Below, one piece after another: positions 25,601-38,412 of a stretch of DNA of 64,000 nt; position 1 is the stretch's first letter, and every line of letters begins with the position of its first letter. The position numbers and the translations under genes were made by a program. This DNA comes from Antedon mediterranea. Taxonomy: Eukaryota > Animalia > Echinodermata. The stretch covers positions 23,594,912 through 23,658,911 of the forward strand of contig NC_092675.1 in the NCBI RefSeq assembly GCF_964355755.1, given 5' to 3'. The notes beneath the pieces were generated by a model. That model had not been told where the DNA came from. It worked only from the letters and a program-made list of their open reading frames with translations, and did no database searches.

Positions 25601-28600
25601 TGACGTAGCAAGTAGTCTTTATTTATAGACCATTGCTATACAGCGGTTTAACCTGTAAACGGTCTTTAAAATTAAAGCCTGCTCGAAGGAGTCTTAAAAC
25701 AGTCTTAAACCTCTATTTTTGTTGCTTTTACGTATTATTTATCGTCAAAGACAACCAATTGAACGAGTTTTAAGTGTTAAATCAAATAATAATGGTGATT
25801 TTATTCTTATATAGGCCTAGAATGGATTTTCTCGCGTAGAAATGTACGTACTGTTATGATTGTGAATTGAACAAGCGTGACGAACATTACCATATTTGGT
25901 ATTCTACGCGCAAAGTACGCCCTCAATTTGTTACTTTACGTGGTCTTATTTAAGACTGTTTTATAGCAATGGTCTATCAGGAATGGCTTTAATAAGACTG
26001 TCTATCTGATAAAGCCGGCTTTAATCGGGGAGTTAAGACCATCAGTTAAGACTGTTTTATAGCAATCCACCCATGACTGTATCTAAACAGAGAATTGGCT
26101 TCTGAGGGAAGTTTCCTTTTTTTCCCTATCATTTGATGGGAACAATGACATGTGCATAGCAAACAGGATTGGCATGATGTGAGGATAGGGATAATCTCCT
26201 CAGTGTGATGATTATGGTTGTAGATGATGTACTACAGTGTATAATATAACCTAAATCATAGAGATAAAACAAAATTCATACCAGTTTTAAGCATAACAAA
26301 ATGATCAGCATCATCTCGGATATGGCTAACTGCAGCTATATTGTGTATTGCAAGCCTTTCCAATGGTTCCTACAAAAAAAGTATTTTAGGAAGAATAGCT
26401 TATTATGTAAATAATTTATAATACTGTAATTTTTATTAAATTCACATTACGGTACATCAGATTTTAATTAAACTGTCAATATGATCGCTACAATAGGCTT
26501 CTTTTCAAATTAGTATAATAAAATGATAGCTTTGTAAAATTCAGTCACTATTTTCTTCATTTTACAGTAAAACAAGCAATTCTAATTTTTCAACTTATAG
26601 TAGGACCTATGGGATCATAAATACAACTAACACTCTTGAGACAAACTATTCAGGAGACACTTTCCTGTAAAACGACCAAAGGAGATACGTTTAAACTGTA
26701 CTGGCCAATAGCTACTGTATTCAGTGGACACCCCCATCCCTAATACAGGTTTTACTGTACTAGCAACGTACAAAAAAGTCAATACAATTTAGTAATTTAG
26801 GTAACAATACCTATTTATGTTTTTATTATCTACTATGTTTGAATAAGAATTTTGTTGTCATTACTGCATGTGCCCTATAAGACAGGCAAATGACAATTAG
26901 GTGACATTATTTTTAATTTTAAAATTTATTGAATAAACAATGAAATGATTATTAAGTTTTAATACCTCTCCATCTCTTCTAGTAATTTTTATTTGCCTGA
27001 CAGACAAAGAGACAATTGCATCCAATGTCCTATCTTTTGTTTTTCTTGCCAATTTATTCTCTTTCTGGAAAAAAAAAATATAAACAAATTATATTTAAGA
27101 CTGAAAGAAATTTTAAATATATCTTTAAAAATGAACTGATGTCTTTATCTTCATCGTTATGTCTCACACAATCATCATGTTGATTATTACGGAACTAGTT
27201 GGTGTGGTGGCAGTATTCACAGCCTATTTTGGTTTTGATTGTTAGGATTTATTTCTTATTTATTTTTTAAAAATTATTTTCCTTTCATTCATTCATTCAT
27301 TCATCTTTTATTTCGGAAAAAAAAAAAAAAAAAAAAAAATGCTTTTATTTTCATTTTATATGTCTGTAGAAGCATGGAGGTTAGTAAATTTAAGTTAGTA
27401 AATTTTAAGTTTTAAAACAACAAAAAATTCGATCTGAAATAAGAGTAGCTTTAATTAATTAATAATTTTATTATTATTAAAAACATTATTGATATAAATC
27501 TTTATTATATTATAATTCTATGAACAGTTTAAACACTTGTTACAGAAATTATGAATAAATAAGTTTCTTCCTCTATCCAATTAGTAGTACTAATATGCTT
27601 TTCATAGAAAAAAACACACAATATTAAAATGATGATTTGCAATGATGGGTGTGTCTCTTTTATTTCCTGATTTATAAATGGCAACACATGTTCTTGACTT
27701 TGTAAATAACAAAGTACTAGTATTTATGACAGCATTTATTTGCAGTATTGAATGTGGTATTATTTATTATACAATACTGAACATGAATTTCCCTGATGGT
27801 GTTTTTATCAATTTCCTTACAAAATGAATGGTTGGAGTGGGTAGGGAATGGACTGGGGTAGGGAATGGATTATCAAGGCTACATTAATATACCCTTGGTG
27901 TGATCTGGAAACTACAAATTCCTTGACTTTGGCTCAGTGACCAAAAGTATGCTGTTAAATGGCAGGGGTTTTCAACAGTTTTTAACCGTGGGCTACTGTA
28001 GATTGTAATTTACAAATAATCTTGCAGGCCGGATCTTGAGTGAAGGAGAACCCCTTTCATAACATGTACTTTTATTTATTAATATTATTATTATTAAAGC
28101 ATTTCTTTTACTGTATTTTGAGGTAGAATAACACACTATACTGTACATATATGGCCAGTGGGCAACACAAATCATACCCCTCAAACCAGACAGAACATTG
28201 AACAATGCCATTTATGTTTATGGGATTGGCTTAAGTTTTAAACAAGTTAAAAGATGCTGAAGGTGCTGAGTAACCCGAGCCACGAGATAAAATGTTTACA
28301 AATTTACTTACACGGCCTTTGTCCAGATATTCTAATAAACCTACACGTTTACTTGCATCCAGGTGGCGAGGAACATCGGTTATTACTCCTAAAAACTGAA
28401 GCAAAATAATTGGCAAATTAAAAAAATGAAAAAGGTACAGTTTTTCATTGTTTTATTTTATTTCACATACATCTAAGAGCGATATCGTCAATTTCAGGAT
28501 GCCTTAAAGACTCAAATATAAATACATAAGATTAAAATATATATAACAATTCTTACTCATCAAAATGTACACAAAGTTAACGATCAGAAAATAAAAAAAA

Positions 28601-31600
28601 GAACAATTAATAACCTTAATTTTGAACATGGAAATATTGTTATAGAAAATGTTAAGTAAAATCATCAAGGGAAAGTCTATGAATGAAACCAAGTACAGTG
28701 CTCTATAGAAGATTTTAATATACAGTACAAATCAGTGATTCAGTTTAAATTTTCCTATTATAAAACGTATGTAATAGGACAAAAATATAAAAAAAAAATT
28801 ATACATTAAGATAAGAGATATAAGATATATTTATTCTTCCAATAAATTTTGGAAATTTGCATCTTTGGCATTGACACATTAAAATACAGAGCTCTTAAAA
28901 ACAGTTACCATACATAAAACATTAAAAATAATTTAAATACAAATGAGTTAAGAGATAAAATTACCGACGTACAGCCTGATTAAAATTAAATTGGATAAAA
29001 TTAATTCTTATATCTATCATGGATATGGATGCTCCATCAACAAAAGAAGCTTAAAAAAGCTTAATATCCTAGACTGCGTTTTGACTTAATATTACGATTA
29101 GTAAAAAGACTTATATTTTGGCACATGTAGCGGTACATACAGTATGTATAATATTTGTGTGTAGTTTTTAGACCAAATTGAAACGCTGACTGGTTGACTA
29201 AAATAAAAAGACAATAAATACAGACTTGTGGCAGATCTAGACACTTATCTAAAAGCTACAGTTATAAAAAAAAGTAATTGCATAAAAAAGCATTATATTA
29301 CAAAAAATGGTAACCAATTAAAATAATTCTGGTTTAGAATCAAACAAAAAGCTTAAACCGAGCTTGTAGAAACTGGAGGTCCTATAAAGTTAAGCAAATA
29401 ATGTATAAAATATTATCTTAAGTTATATTTTTTTAAATGGTCACCGATTTAATGGTGACTGTGTGCTCTACACAGAATGTATTTACTTTTAGATTGTGCT
29501 ATATCATTTAAACTCACATTAAAAAGAAAAGCAAATTTGTTTTCTATTCTTTAAGTACTACCCATTTTCTAACGACAAATTCAATTACATTTTACGTACC
29601 TGCACTGCATACTCAAATGTAATGCATTTACTAGCATCTTTTTTTTTTAAGTTCTAGTTGTTGGTTCAATTGTTAATCTTATAGTACTTAGTGATATTTA
29701 GTGTGATCAATGTAATCTCTTTTTTACATTTTGATGTTTTTCCCTCATGTGAATTAAACTCAATTCACCAATGAATAATAAAACATTTATAATAAATTCA
29801 TCATCTAACAATAGCAGTTACCAGTGTTAGTCTGCGATGGTTTACAAAATATATACTTTGAATTTTTACATGTTAAGTGGGAAAAAATAATATTTTCTCC
29901 ATTTCACTTATATTTGACCAGTGTCTTTATTTAGGAGTAAGCAACGATGAGTACTGAAAAGTGTTTTAAAATTAAATATATCATTGGTTGGTGCAGTGCA
30001 TTGGGGATCATGATTAACTTTAACTGCAGTTAACATATTTTATGCTGCAATATTGTATGATTTTATTATTTGATTTGTTTCTTCAATGTAATTCCTTGCA
30101 ATTAAACAGTGTGTGGGATTGCTTTTTGCATTAAACTTGAGTTGTGTATAGTAGTTACTGTGTGCAGTAGGAAAAATCATTTTTTGGACCAAGAATATTC
30201 AGTAACAATTAAAAGACAATTCAGCAACTGTATTACTATTATTACCTTAACTTCTAACTCTGTATAACTTTCAATAAGGATTGAAGCATCTATTCGATAT
30301 TCTGGTGGATTTAGCACCGTTGAATGTAGCCTACGTCTTTCTCCTGAATCTGACAAATCTGTTTCTTGCAAAGTAGCTGAAGCTGATGGAAGAAGTCCTT
30401 TGATACCTGACTGTGCCTAGAAATGAAAATTAACAATTTTATTTAGAACCAATGCTGACCAGGCCAATAATACTACGACTGAGCCAAGTACAGTATAGCA
30501 GTTCACACAACACAACAGCATGTAGAAAATACACAGATGGAATGGGGAAATAAAAGGTATCTCCTTTCGTTCTGACCTTGGTCATCGCGGTAGTTGTTCG
30601 TCATGTGATTCATCATGTTGTCACAAACGGCAATTGGGAAACTAGTTGTCAAATACAGTGACAAATACATTAACACATTTTGAAAAATCAAAGTATTAGC
30701 GAACTGCAAGATTGAGGGTTTAAAATAAAATATGCATGCCACTGCTGGCTAACATTGTTCATTATAAATGAAGAGAGCTTCCTCACACCAAAGTGTAGGC
30801 CTATCATATATATTATTAGTATGTTTACGTACGATTTTATGTTACTGTAGTAGAAATATAAATATAACGTTTTTAATACCAGGGTTCTAAATAATAATAA
30901 ACACGTGACACGCAATAATGGATGCTAACCAACCATGTTGTGTATAAATGTATACAAAGATATCTATACTAACATCAGCTTATGCTTATAAATAAATTTT
31001 ATAATTGGATAATATAAAAGCAATTGAATTAATTATTTAGGTGAAAGATAACATTACCACTAGCATAAAAATGTAAACTAGCAGAGCAAACATTTCTTGT
31101 AGACACTTTCTTTCCTTCATGACGACATAAAAATACCAACTTGAATAAAAATGCACCGTATATATTTCCTGTAGCTAATTTATTCAATGATTTAATTACA
31201 AAATATTTTCCAAAAAATGCTAATGTTCAACATTAGGTCTGGCAGTATAGAATATAGATGCACAAAACACTGCACTTTCAAAACAGCCCACACTCCAGAT
31301 ATAATAGTACCAGTGTCTAGTGTAGTACTACTATCTATCTAAAGTACAAAAATGCATACAATTGGTGAAATCGGGTGTGTGGGTGTGGTCATTATTTTCT
31401 AAAAATCATCAAATTTTATGAATATTTCTTTATTACTGATTCATACTAATATGTATAATGACACGATTCGTACCGTTTTAGTTATCTTATATAAAGGCAG
31501 AAACACAAAAACAGTAAAATAATACGACCGGTTTTTGCTCAGATTCCAGCGGTTGGCCCTTACCACACTGCACTGGTGGTTTTGAAAAAAAACAACAATT

Positions 31601-31663
31601 TTTATACGATTAAATTCATCCTCATACCTTTTTTGATCCTGGTTTCCTTCTATGCTCTTCCAT
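22601..31663 (-). CDS. CCM2: Cerebral cavernous malformations 2 (malcavernin) orthologue: PTB + harmonin-homology domain
   Basis: Eleven phase-consistent exons: 31663-31628 (MEEHRRKPGSKK), 30416-30246 (RRRLHSTVL..YTELEVK), 28395-28312 (FLGVITDVPRHLDASKR), 27064-26966, 26369-26282 (IHNIAAVSHIRDDADHFVMLKT), 25445-25387, 24765-24645 (QIFDIVYTE), 24156-24114, 23765-23681, 23413-23275 (LRSKLNADELQQFA..LYGDKRMYLFPG), 22875-22601 (LRPFIPERDS.., TGA). Confidence 0.92.
23500..23620 (-). mobile_element. tRNA-derived SINE fragment (CORE/Meta-like body) in a CCM2 intron
   Basis: Minus strand: GGTTCGAATCC (Pol III B-box), then ..TGCCTCTCTCCACCCAGGTGTACAAATGGGTACC, a body common in invertebrate SINEs. Confidence 0.6.
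24940..25150 (-). mobile_element. tRNA-derived SINE (Deu/Nin-like core), copy 1
   Basis: Minus strand: A-box TGGCTGAGCGG, B-box GGTTCGAGGC, core GGATAAGGACTATAAACC; a second similar copy lies at 56610-56815. Confidence 0.7.
25543..26072. mobile_element. MITE (PIF/Harbinger-like)
   Basis: TIRs GGGCGGATTGCTATAA / TTATAGCAATCCACCC with internal AAGACTG/CAGTCTT repeats; TSD imperfect. Confidence 0.65.
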
Positions 31664-32585
31664 CCCCATTGCATGGTTTACTATAAAATAATGTGTATGG
31701 AGAGTGTACACATTTATATTATTTTTTATTGATTTTTAAAACTTTTCAGTTCCTGCGTTCTTTCTGTGTTTGTTGTTTGGCAGCAGCTCTCATTCAGATA
31801 GGCGGTGTGACCTCTATACCAATGTGTGAAATTATCATTGACATGACCTTTTGTTTTGTATCCGTTAGGTCAATGGTATCGCTTGACTGAGTATCGATTC
31901 TGGATTCGGTTATTTATTATTTATAGCCTAAATCATCCTATCAGGAGGCCAAGCCTAGGCCTAGATTTTTATCAAAAGCATTACAGCAGAACAGGAATGT
32001 ATGTACTATAGTCCCTAGCCCCAGTAGCTAGGCCTAGGCCTAATACTTATCATATAAAGTGTAGGCCTACTACTACTGTCTGTACTGTAGTTTAATTAAA
32101 TTTAATTAATATAGAAAAAAACAAAAGCAAGATGATGTAGGGCCTAGCTAGGCCTATAACTATTATAGGCCTAGCCTAGTATGGCCCTACTAGCTAGTAG
32201 GTTAGTAGTAGGCTAGTGGTATAGTTAGTAGGCCTCCCTAGGCCTCTAGGCCTAGGCTAAGCCTCTCTAGGCCTATGCCGAGTATCTAGGCTAGCTAGGT
32301 TTGGTTAGGTAGGTAGGGGCAGAAGGTCTGACGAAGGTCCAAAATGCACCTAAAACCATCACCGCAGCTGAGTGGGTGAATGCTTTTAAATTGGTGGGTA
32401 AGCTTGTGAGAGTGCAGTGGCACTACGGCCTGTTACGGTAGCATACGTATAAACTGTAAATATAATGTCGGGAGAATACTACGTTTATATACATTGATAC
32501 TACAGTATTTCATTGAGAATTCAAGATTCTTGCTGTACAGTGGATATTTACACTGAGTATATATTTATTATGCACTTGTCAATTG

Positions 32586-32887
32586 TATGACCCACTATAC
32601 CCAGGAGAGGTGCATCATTTGTCCGATGTGCATCATACCTTATGAATACCATGACACACCTGTGCGTAAAAAATATGACTTACCTTTAGGTGACCATGAC
32701 GCACCCATTTTGACGCATTGTGACCATGTTGATAACGATATGGTGGGTGGTAAATTGACGGACATTTGACACATTATTGTTGATTGATTTGACATACCAT
32801 TACCATCTACTGTAGGTTTTTTGACACACCCCTGCATCAATAATTATTTGTAAATGACTCTCCGACGCACTTTTTCTGGGGGTCATA
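32586..32887. mobile_element. Non-autonomous DNA element with inverted termini and internal GACGCA/TGCATC repeats
   Basis: TATGACCC..CCCAGGAGAGGTGCATC on the left mirrors GACGCACTTTTTCTGGGGGTCATA on the right. Confidence 0.5.
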
Positions 32888-32935
32888 TAGTCCATTATAT
32901 TTACAGGACATTTGTTTCTTTTTTTTTTTCAGATA

Positions 32936-35900
32936 ATGTGTTTTGACGCTATATCTAACCTCACCATTGTAATAGCTTTAAGTGATGTAATTGAGCGCTT
33001 TGAAATTGTTTCTTGGTTATTATGGCTAACAACTCCAGTTGCTATTACCTTCCTCCTGCCATTAGTTATACTACTGCTTGTATACGGATGTGTACTATTT
33101 CTTCACTTCTACAAATCACGTCATAAACTTGTTGATGCGTATTCCAAAGGGTATTGGGATGCGGCAAAGGTTAGCATTGCAACATTTTGGGAAGTACAAG
33201 GCAAAATATGGCATGGTAAGTTTTAGTGAAAAAGATATAAAAATGTTGTTAATGTTTTATATGTTATAATATTTCTTTTTGCAAATTAAGTGTTGTTTTC
33301 TCATATCAGCTACCATAAATAGTCTTTAAAATATCTAAACATTCTGTAATTTGAATTTTGAATAAGACAAAATGAAATTTATTTTATTAGCTAAAAAAGA
33401 GATCTGTCTGGGTAAATTTCTAAACACTTGATTGCTTAACCAGGGAGTTACATTTACCCTGCATGGTAACAATGCTTTTATTAACCTCACAGTAGTTCGT
33501 TATTAGGGAGGTTTCGCAACCTTACGAATACGATAACGAAAACGGATACGTCATACATTTGTGAAACTTTTGAGCTGATCCCCATTTCATATTCGTAAAG
33601 CGTATTCTTGTTGACGAATATCACCAGTCATATTCGTAACTACAAAATGAGTATAGTTTTTGATCTATTTTGCACATTTTGCATTTGAATCAGGAATGAT
33701 TCATGTTTATTGAAAGTAATTTACTAAAGTAATTTACTAAAATGCCAAGTCAATTTTTATAATAGCAGTTTTTAAAGTCCTCACTCGCTTTGATTTTACG
33801 CTAGGCCTAGGCAGCCAAGTACCTGCGCTTCGCTCAAATCATAGTCAATAGAAAGCTCAAATTTACCGCAGTCATATTTTGGACGCGCCTCAATATTTCG
33901 TTGCCATGCGAAACAGATTTTTTTATGGCTTACGAAAACGAATACGTGTGCGTGACGTATCCGTTTTCGTTATCGTATTCGTAAGATTGCGAAACCTCTC
34001 TATTGTTTGTACATATTGTAATAAAAATCAGTGAGCGAAGATTAGTAACTAACAAATGCGATAATTTTACAATTGTGAACTTTATAATAGAAACCCTCAA
34101 ATAGATATCCTACAGTAGTTACAATGTAAAACAGATTTGTTTTTATGATCAATATTGTCATATATTTTCTATTACAGGTTATGAGATAAGAGGCTTAGAG
34201 AAGCTCCCTACAGATTCTGGAGCTGTGTTAGTGTTTTACCATGGAGCAATACCTATTGATTTCTATTATATATTGTCTAAAGTGGTTCTTTATAAGGAAA
34301 ACACAATGCATATTATAGGTGATCGCTTCCTTTTCAAAGTTCCAGGTTAGTGCACAATAACCTACCACTATTATTATCATATTCATTCACAGGTACCAAG
34401 TTAATTTTACCAATGTAAACGCAATTATACATTATAAGTTCACTATGCAACATGCATATTAAATATGCATTTTAATAATAATAAATATATAGTTATGTGA
34501 GTCATCATATATTGGTAATAATTCTAAATTGGATAGTAATAGGCAATTATTTAATAATTCTCATCTATCTGGTTGATAAATCTGAGTATGAATTTCGGGG
34601 ATGAACATAGTAGAAAAATATACCCAATTATTTCCATGGTTTACGTACCATCATTAGTGTATGCTCTAATTAATTGTATGCAAATTCACAAATTAAGTGA
34701 CCATGAAAATTTAGAGTGTGTTCAATTTCAAATCATAATTATATTATTATAGCATATGACTATTATAGTTTGTTTGTTTAGTATCCGACGAATTGAATGT
34801 TTGTGACTTTGATGGCGAGAATAATTAATTTTTTTTGGAAAATTTGTTTTATAACATCTAAAGTAGATTTTTGTAAAAAGTAGCTATAAAAAGAGTGAAC
34901 ACATCAGTGTAATTGTAAAAGGCTTCCTACTTTCTAGGTGTTTTATGTGGTTATCAGATAGTCTATATTGTTTTGACAAATCTGTAACATGACCACAGTG
35001 CTGATTTTGCCATTTTTTCTCTAACTGACATGCACAATATGTTTGCATCCACATATTTCAATTGATTATTTATTTAATATCATATAAATCAACAATTAAT
35101 CAAGTAATCAAATGAAGTAGGATCTACTTTTGTTATCAATAGTTTTTTTTCTTTTAGGTTTTAAATTGTTAATGCAGGTATTTAACGTAACAGTTGGCAG
35201 TTGGGAGGAATGTACGGACATGTTGAAGAAGGGTCATCTACTTGCCATTTCACCTGGCGGTGTACGGGAAGCATTTTTTAGCAACGAATACTATCAACTA
35301 AAATGGAAGAATAGGATAGGATTTGCAAAGTGTGCTGTATCCGCCCAAGTGGTAATAACCCTTTTTGTTCTAACATTTTACTGCCAAGCCAAACCTCTCA
35401 AATCTCCTGTTTTGTTACTAATAGTTACTTAATATCACTCTCAATGTTTGTTAATAGTATTTAAAGAAAAAGTATAGTTCTTTCTATTGTTTGACTATCA
35501 ATCATCATCATCAATCATACACACATTTATTCAGTTATTTGACAACAACTGGGGCCAGCACTAAAAGCAGTAGCTTGTCTCATGAGGGCCCCTACAATAC
35601 AAATATGCAAAATACATAAAAAGAAATACTGTATAAAACAATAAACAATAAAATAAGTAAAAAAAATCGAAATAGATAAAATATGAAGTCTCATTTTTGT
35701 GCTAAAAGAAAAACAGAAATACGAATGCTAAAGTTTGCAATTACAATTCAAAAAGTTTGTACTGCTATTCACTTGGTTCTGAGATAGAGAATTTTCTTTT
35801 CTCAATTGCAAAAATATATGCTTTTCAAGTAAGCTATTAATTTTTTAATTATAAATGAGCATTATCTACTAAATTTGTCAATGCTCTCCAATGAAATGTT

Positions 35901-37630
35901 AAGTGTAACATTTTTTGTGTGTTTTTTTTTATTCCAGCCAATAATTCCAATTTTCACTCAAAACTGCCGTGAAGCATTCCGAGCCCTTAGTTTTGGTCGT
36001 CCTATTTTTAAATGGTTGTATGAGAAAACAAGACTTCCAATTGTGCCAATATATGGTGGATTTCCAGTTAAATTAAGGCAAGTGAATTGATATAAAAGAA
36101 GAATCATTGGGCTTGTTCAGGCTTAGTTATTAATAACTGGGTAAAGTTAGTGTAGAGATTCATCTGGATCTCTGTATAGTATTCATACATTTTTTCTCTT
36201 GGATGATGATCCAAAGGGAATAAAACCAAGCTTTACTCGAGCTTTCGCTGGTTCAATGACACATTCATGAGTGATTCCATGTCCTTGGAACTGTTACAAT
36301 GAAATCTTTTAGTTGGTGTAGCGCCATCTATAGAAGTTACATGGACTCACTCATGAATAAGCTGTGTTGTTGAACCAGCGAAAGCTAGAGTAAATACGTA
36401 TGGTTACAGTAGTTCCTACCCACTAAAGTTAGCGATAACTGTACATAAGAAACCAACTTTCTAGGAACTCAGGACTTGTTTCCGCAGCCATAACAAAATT
36501 ATCAGATAATTAATACAATAATCACATTATCAGACATTACCAAACAACCACAATCACAACGCAACGATTTGTTGTTCAGGTCAAAAGTTAATAATTATCG
36601 CATTTATTTGATAAATATCTGATTTGAATGAGTTAATTATTGGTTACCGTAAATTGTGGCTGCGGAAACATGGCCTTAGCCTAAAGTAGAACATGTGCAA
36701 TCCACGCAACTCAACTGTGCGTATGTCAACCTATTTTGTGTTACTGTGAATTGAGGTCCATGCGCCTTAAGTTGCTTGGAGCGCATATGTTTACACAGTT
36801 GAGTTCTGTGTCGACATAAGCCCACCTTTATTATGCACCATGGAGACGATTTCAAATCAAGTTACGTTTAGAACTAAAGGATGAGTTTTCTTGTATTTCA
36901 GGACATTTATTGGTGATCCAATTGTATGCAAAGCAGGAACCACCGCTGAACAGCTTGCATTAGAGGTACATTTTAAAACATAAATTATGATGCAACTAAT
37001 GAATGTTTATGAGTGCAATGGTACAAATATTTTCATTGTTTGACAAACTTTGTATAAAAAAAAAATAGAAAAAGTTATCCATTACACTACAGAGCAAAAA
37101 TATTCCATTGCACAAATAAAACATTCATTATTTTTTTATACGTGTAAATTAGATTTTTGTATTGAAACTAGATTTTTTGTCAAAGGGCATGATTGCATAT
37201 TTTTTATTTTATTTCCAAACCTAACCAACAGCAAAATTAATTGGCCAATAGCAGGAGGGTATCAACATGCACTGTACAAATGTAAATATAGTACAAATTT
37301 GCACTCGAATATATTTTAAAGTGCACTTTTGTTGATTTAGCATGGGGTCGATGGAGTATGAGTGTGACCTGCTTAGATATAATATGAAATAAAATGATTT
37401 TGAAGAAGAGAAGACTAAATGCCCATACAAAAAAATAGAAAAAGTTATCCCTTACAGAGCAAAAATATTCCATTGCACGAATAAAACATTCATTATTTTT
37501 TTCTACTGTAGATTATATTGTAAAATTGTGATTTATTTATTTTCAGTGCCGCAATGCTTTGGAACAACTCATAGTTGAACATCAAAAGATACCAGGTAGT
37601 ATACTACATGCACTGTTTGAGAGATTTTAA
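32936..37630 (+). CDS. TMEM68: TMEM68 (DIESL) acyltransferase
   Basis: Exons 32936-33215 (TM segment; ..KIWHG), 34178-34345 (YEIRGLEKLP..YHGAIPID, acyltransferase HxxxxD motif), 35158-35351 (LAISPGGVREA), 35938-36077 (PIIPIFTQNCREAF..PIYGGFPVKL; GC donor), 36902-36965, 37547-37630 (HQKIPGSILHALFERF*). Confidence 0.93.
33505..34001. mobile_element. MITE with ~50-bp TIRs and 3-bp TSD (Harbinger/ISL2EU-like)
   Basis: AGGGAGGTTTCGCAACCTTACGAATACGATAACGAAAACGGATACGTCA mirrors the right end; ATT on both sides. Confidence 0.8.
35510..35640 (-). mobile_element. LINE 3' UTR fragment (same family as 49340-49690)
   Basis: Reverse complement closely matches 49560-49680 (GGGCCCTCATGAGACAAGCTA..ACTGAATAAATGTGT). 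Confidence 0.6.
36223..36405. mobile_element. Palindromic MITE-like element with a central CTCF-like motif
   Basis: Arms TTTACTCGAGCTTTCGCTGGTTCAA / TTGAACCAGCGAAAGCTAGAGTAAA and TTCATGAGTGATTCCATGT / ACATGGACTCACTCATGAA; centre AGCGCCATCTATAG. Confidence 0.65.
36472..36675. mobile_element. MITE (Harbinger-like)
   Basis: TIRs GGACTTGTTTCCGCAGCCA / TGGCTGCGGAAACATGGCC; flanks TCA and TTA. Confidence 0.6.
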
Positions 37631-38265
37631 TGACATCTCAGTATCATATATTTTATATGTTATAACCTTGTTTTAATCTGAAATTAATTTTATTATTAGA
37701 TTTTAATAGAGGATTCTCGGTACTGTATCTATTTCACAGTATTTGTTTATATACAAATACAGTATGTGTCTGTGTGTTGGTTAGGTAAGCTCACATCTCA
37801 TGTTTTACATAATGTGACTCTGTATTTACAGTATGATACAGGACATATAATGCCATATATGGAGATACAGTACAGAGAGAGTGATTTGTTGATGAATCGA
37901 TATTATAAAATAAATGTACATATGTAATTTTAGCAAAATATCCCATACCTATATAATGTAAGAAACAATTTGGTAGTTTCTCATTTTAGTTGATAGGATA
38001 ATTAGTTTTAATTCAGATTTTTCTAAGCATAGATTACTATTTGTGATATATAAATATAATATCAAATTAATACATATTGTTGTTATCATTGACACATTCC
38101 AGTTTATGGGAAAGCCAACTGAATGTATGGCAATTTGCTGCATCACGCAACAACTTTACAATTTAAGAACTTTATTTAGGGTGTACTCAGGGTGTATAGT
38201 AATAAGCAACACAAGTTAAAAAATATTTTAAAATACAAATTTAAATACAGTATCCATCTAATACT

Positions 38266-38412
38266 AAAGTTTGGTTCCCACTTTGACAAAATGTAAGGGG
38301 GTAACTACGTGAAACGCAAGTAAGATTATCACAAGGGACAGTTTGGATGATCCATTGCTTGTGATTCTGCGCTTACACCCTTGTGTTGCATCCTAGTGGG
38401 AACGGAGCCTAA
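38266..38412. mobile_element. Dispersed short MITE family (related copies at ~8030-8128, ~49790-49948, ~63738-63888)
   Basis: Shared termini TTTGGTTCCCAC / GTGGGAACC and internal GATGATCCAT / CCAATCACA(A/G)GC motifs. Confidence 0.55.

Noticed and set aside
26074-26250. Possible extra CCM2 exon
   Set aside because: It would need a ~31-bp intron and hits a stop; the flanking exons already join in phase.
37050-37502. ~85-bp direct duplication in the last TMEM68 intron (similar ~69-bp one at 50395-50517)
   Set aside because: Ordinary local duplications with no splice sites or element termini.
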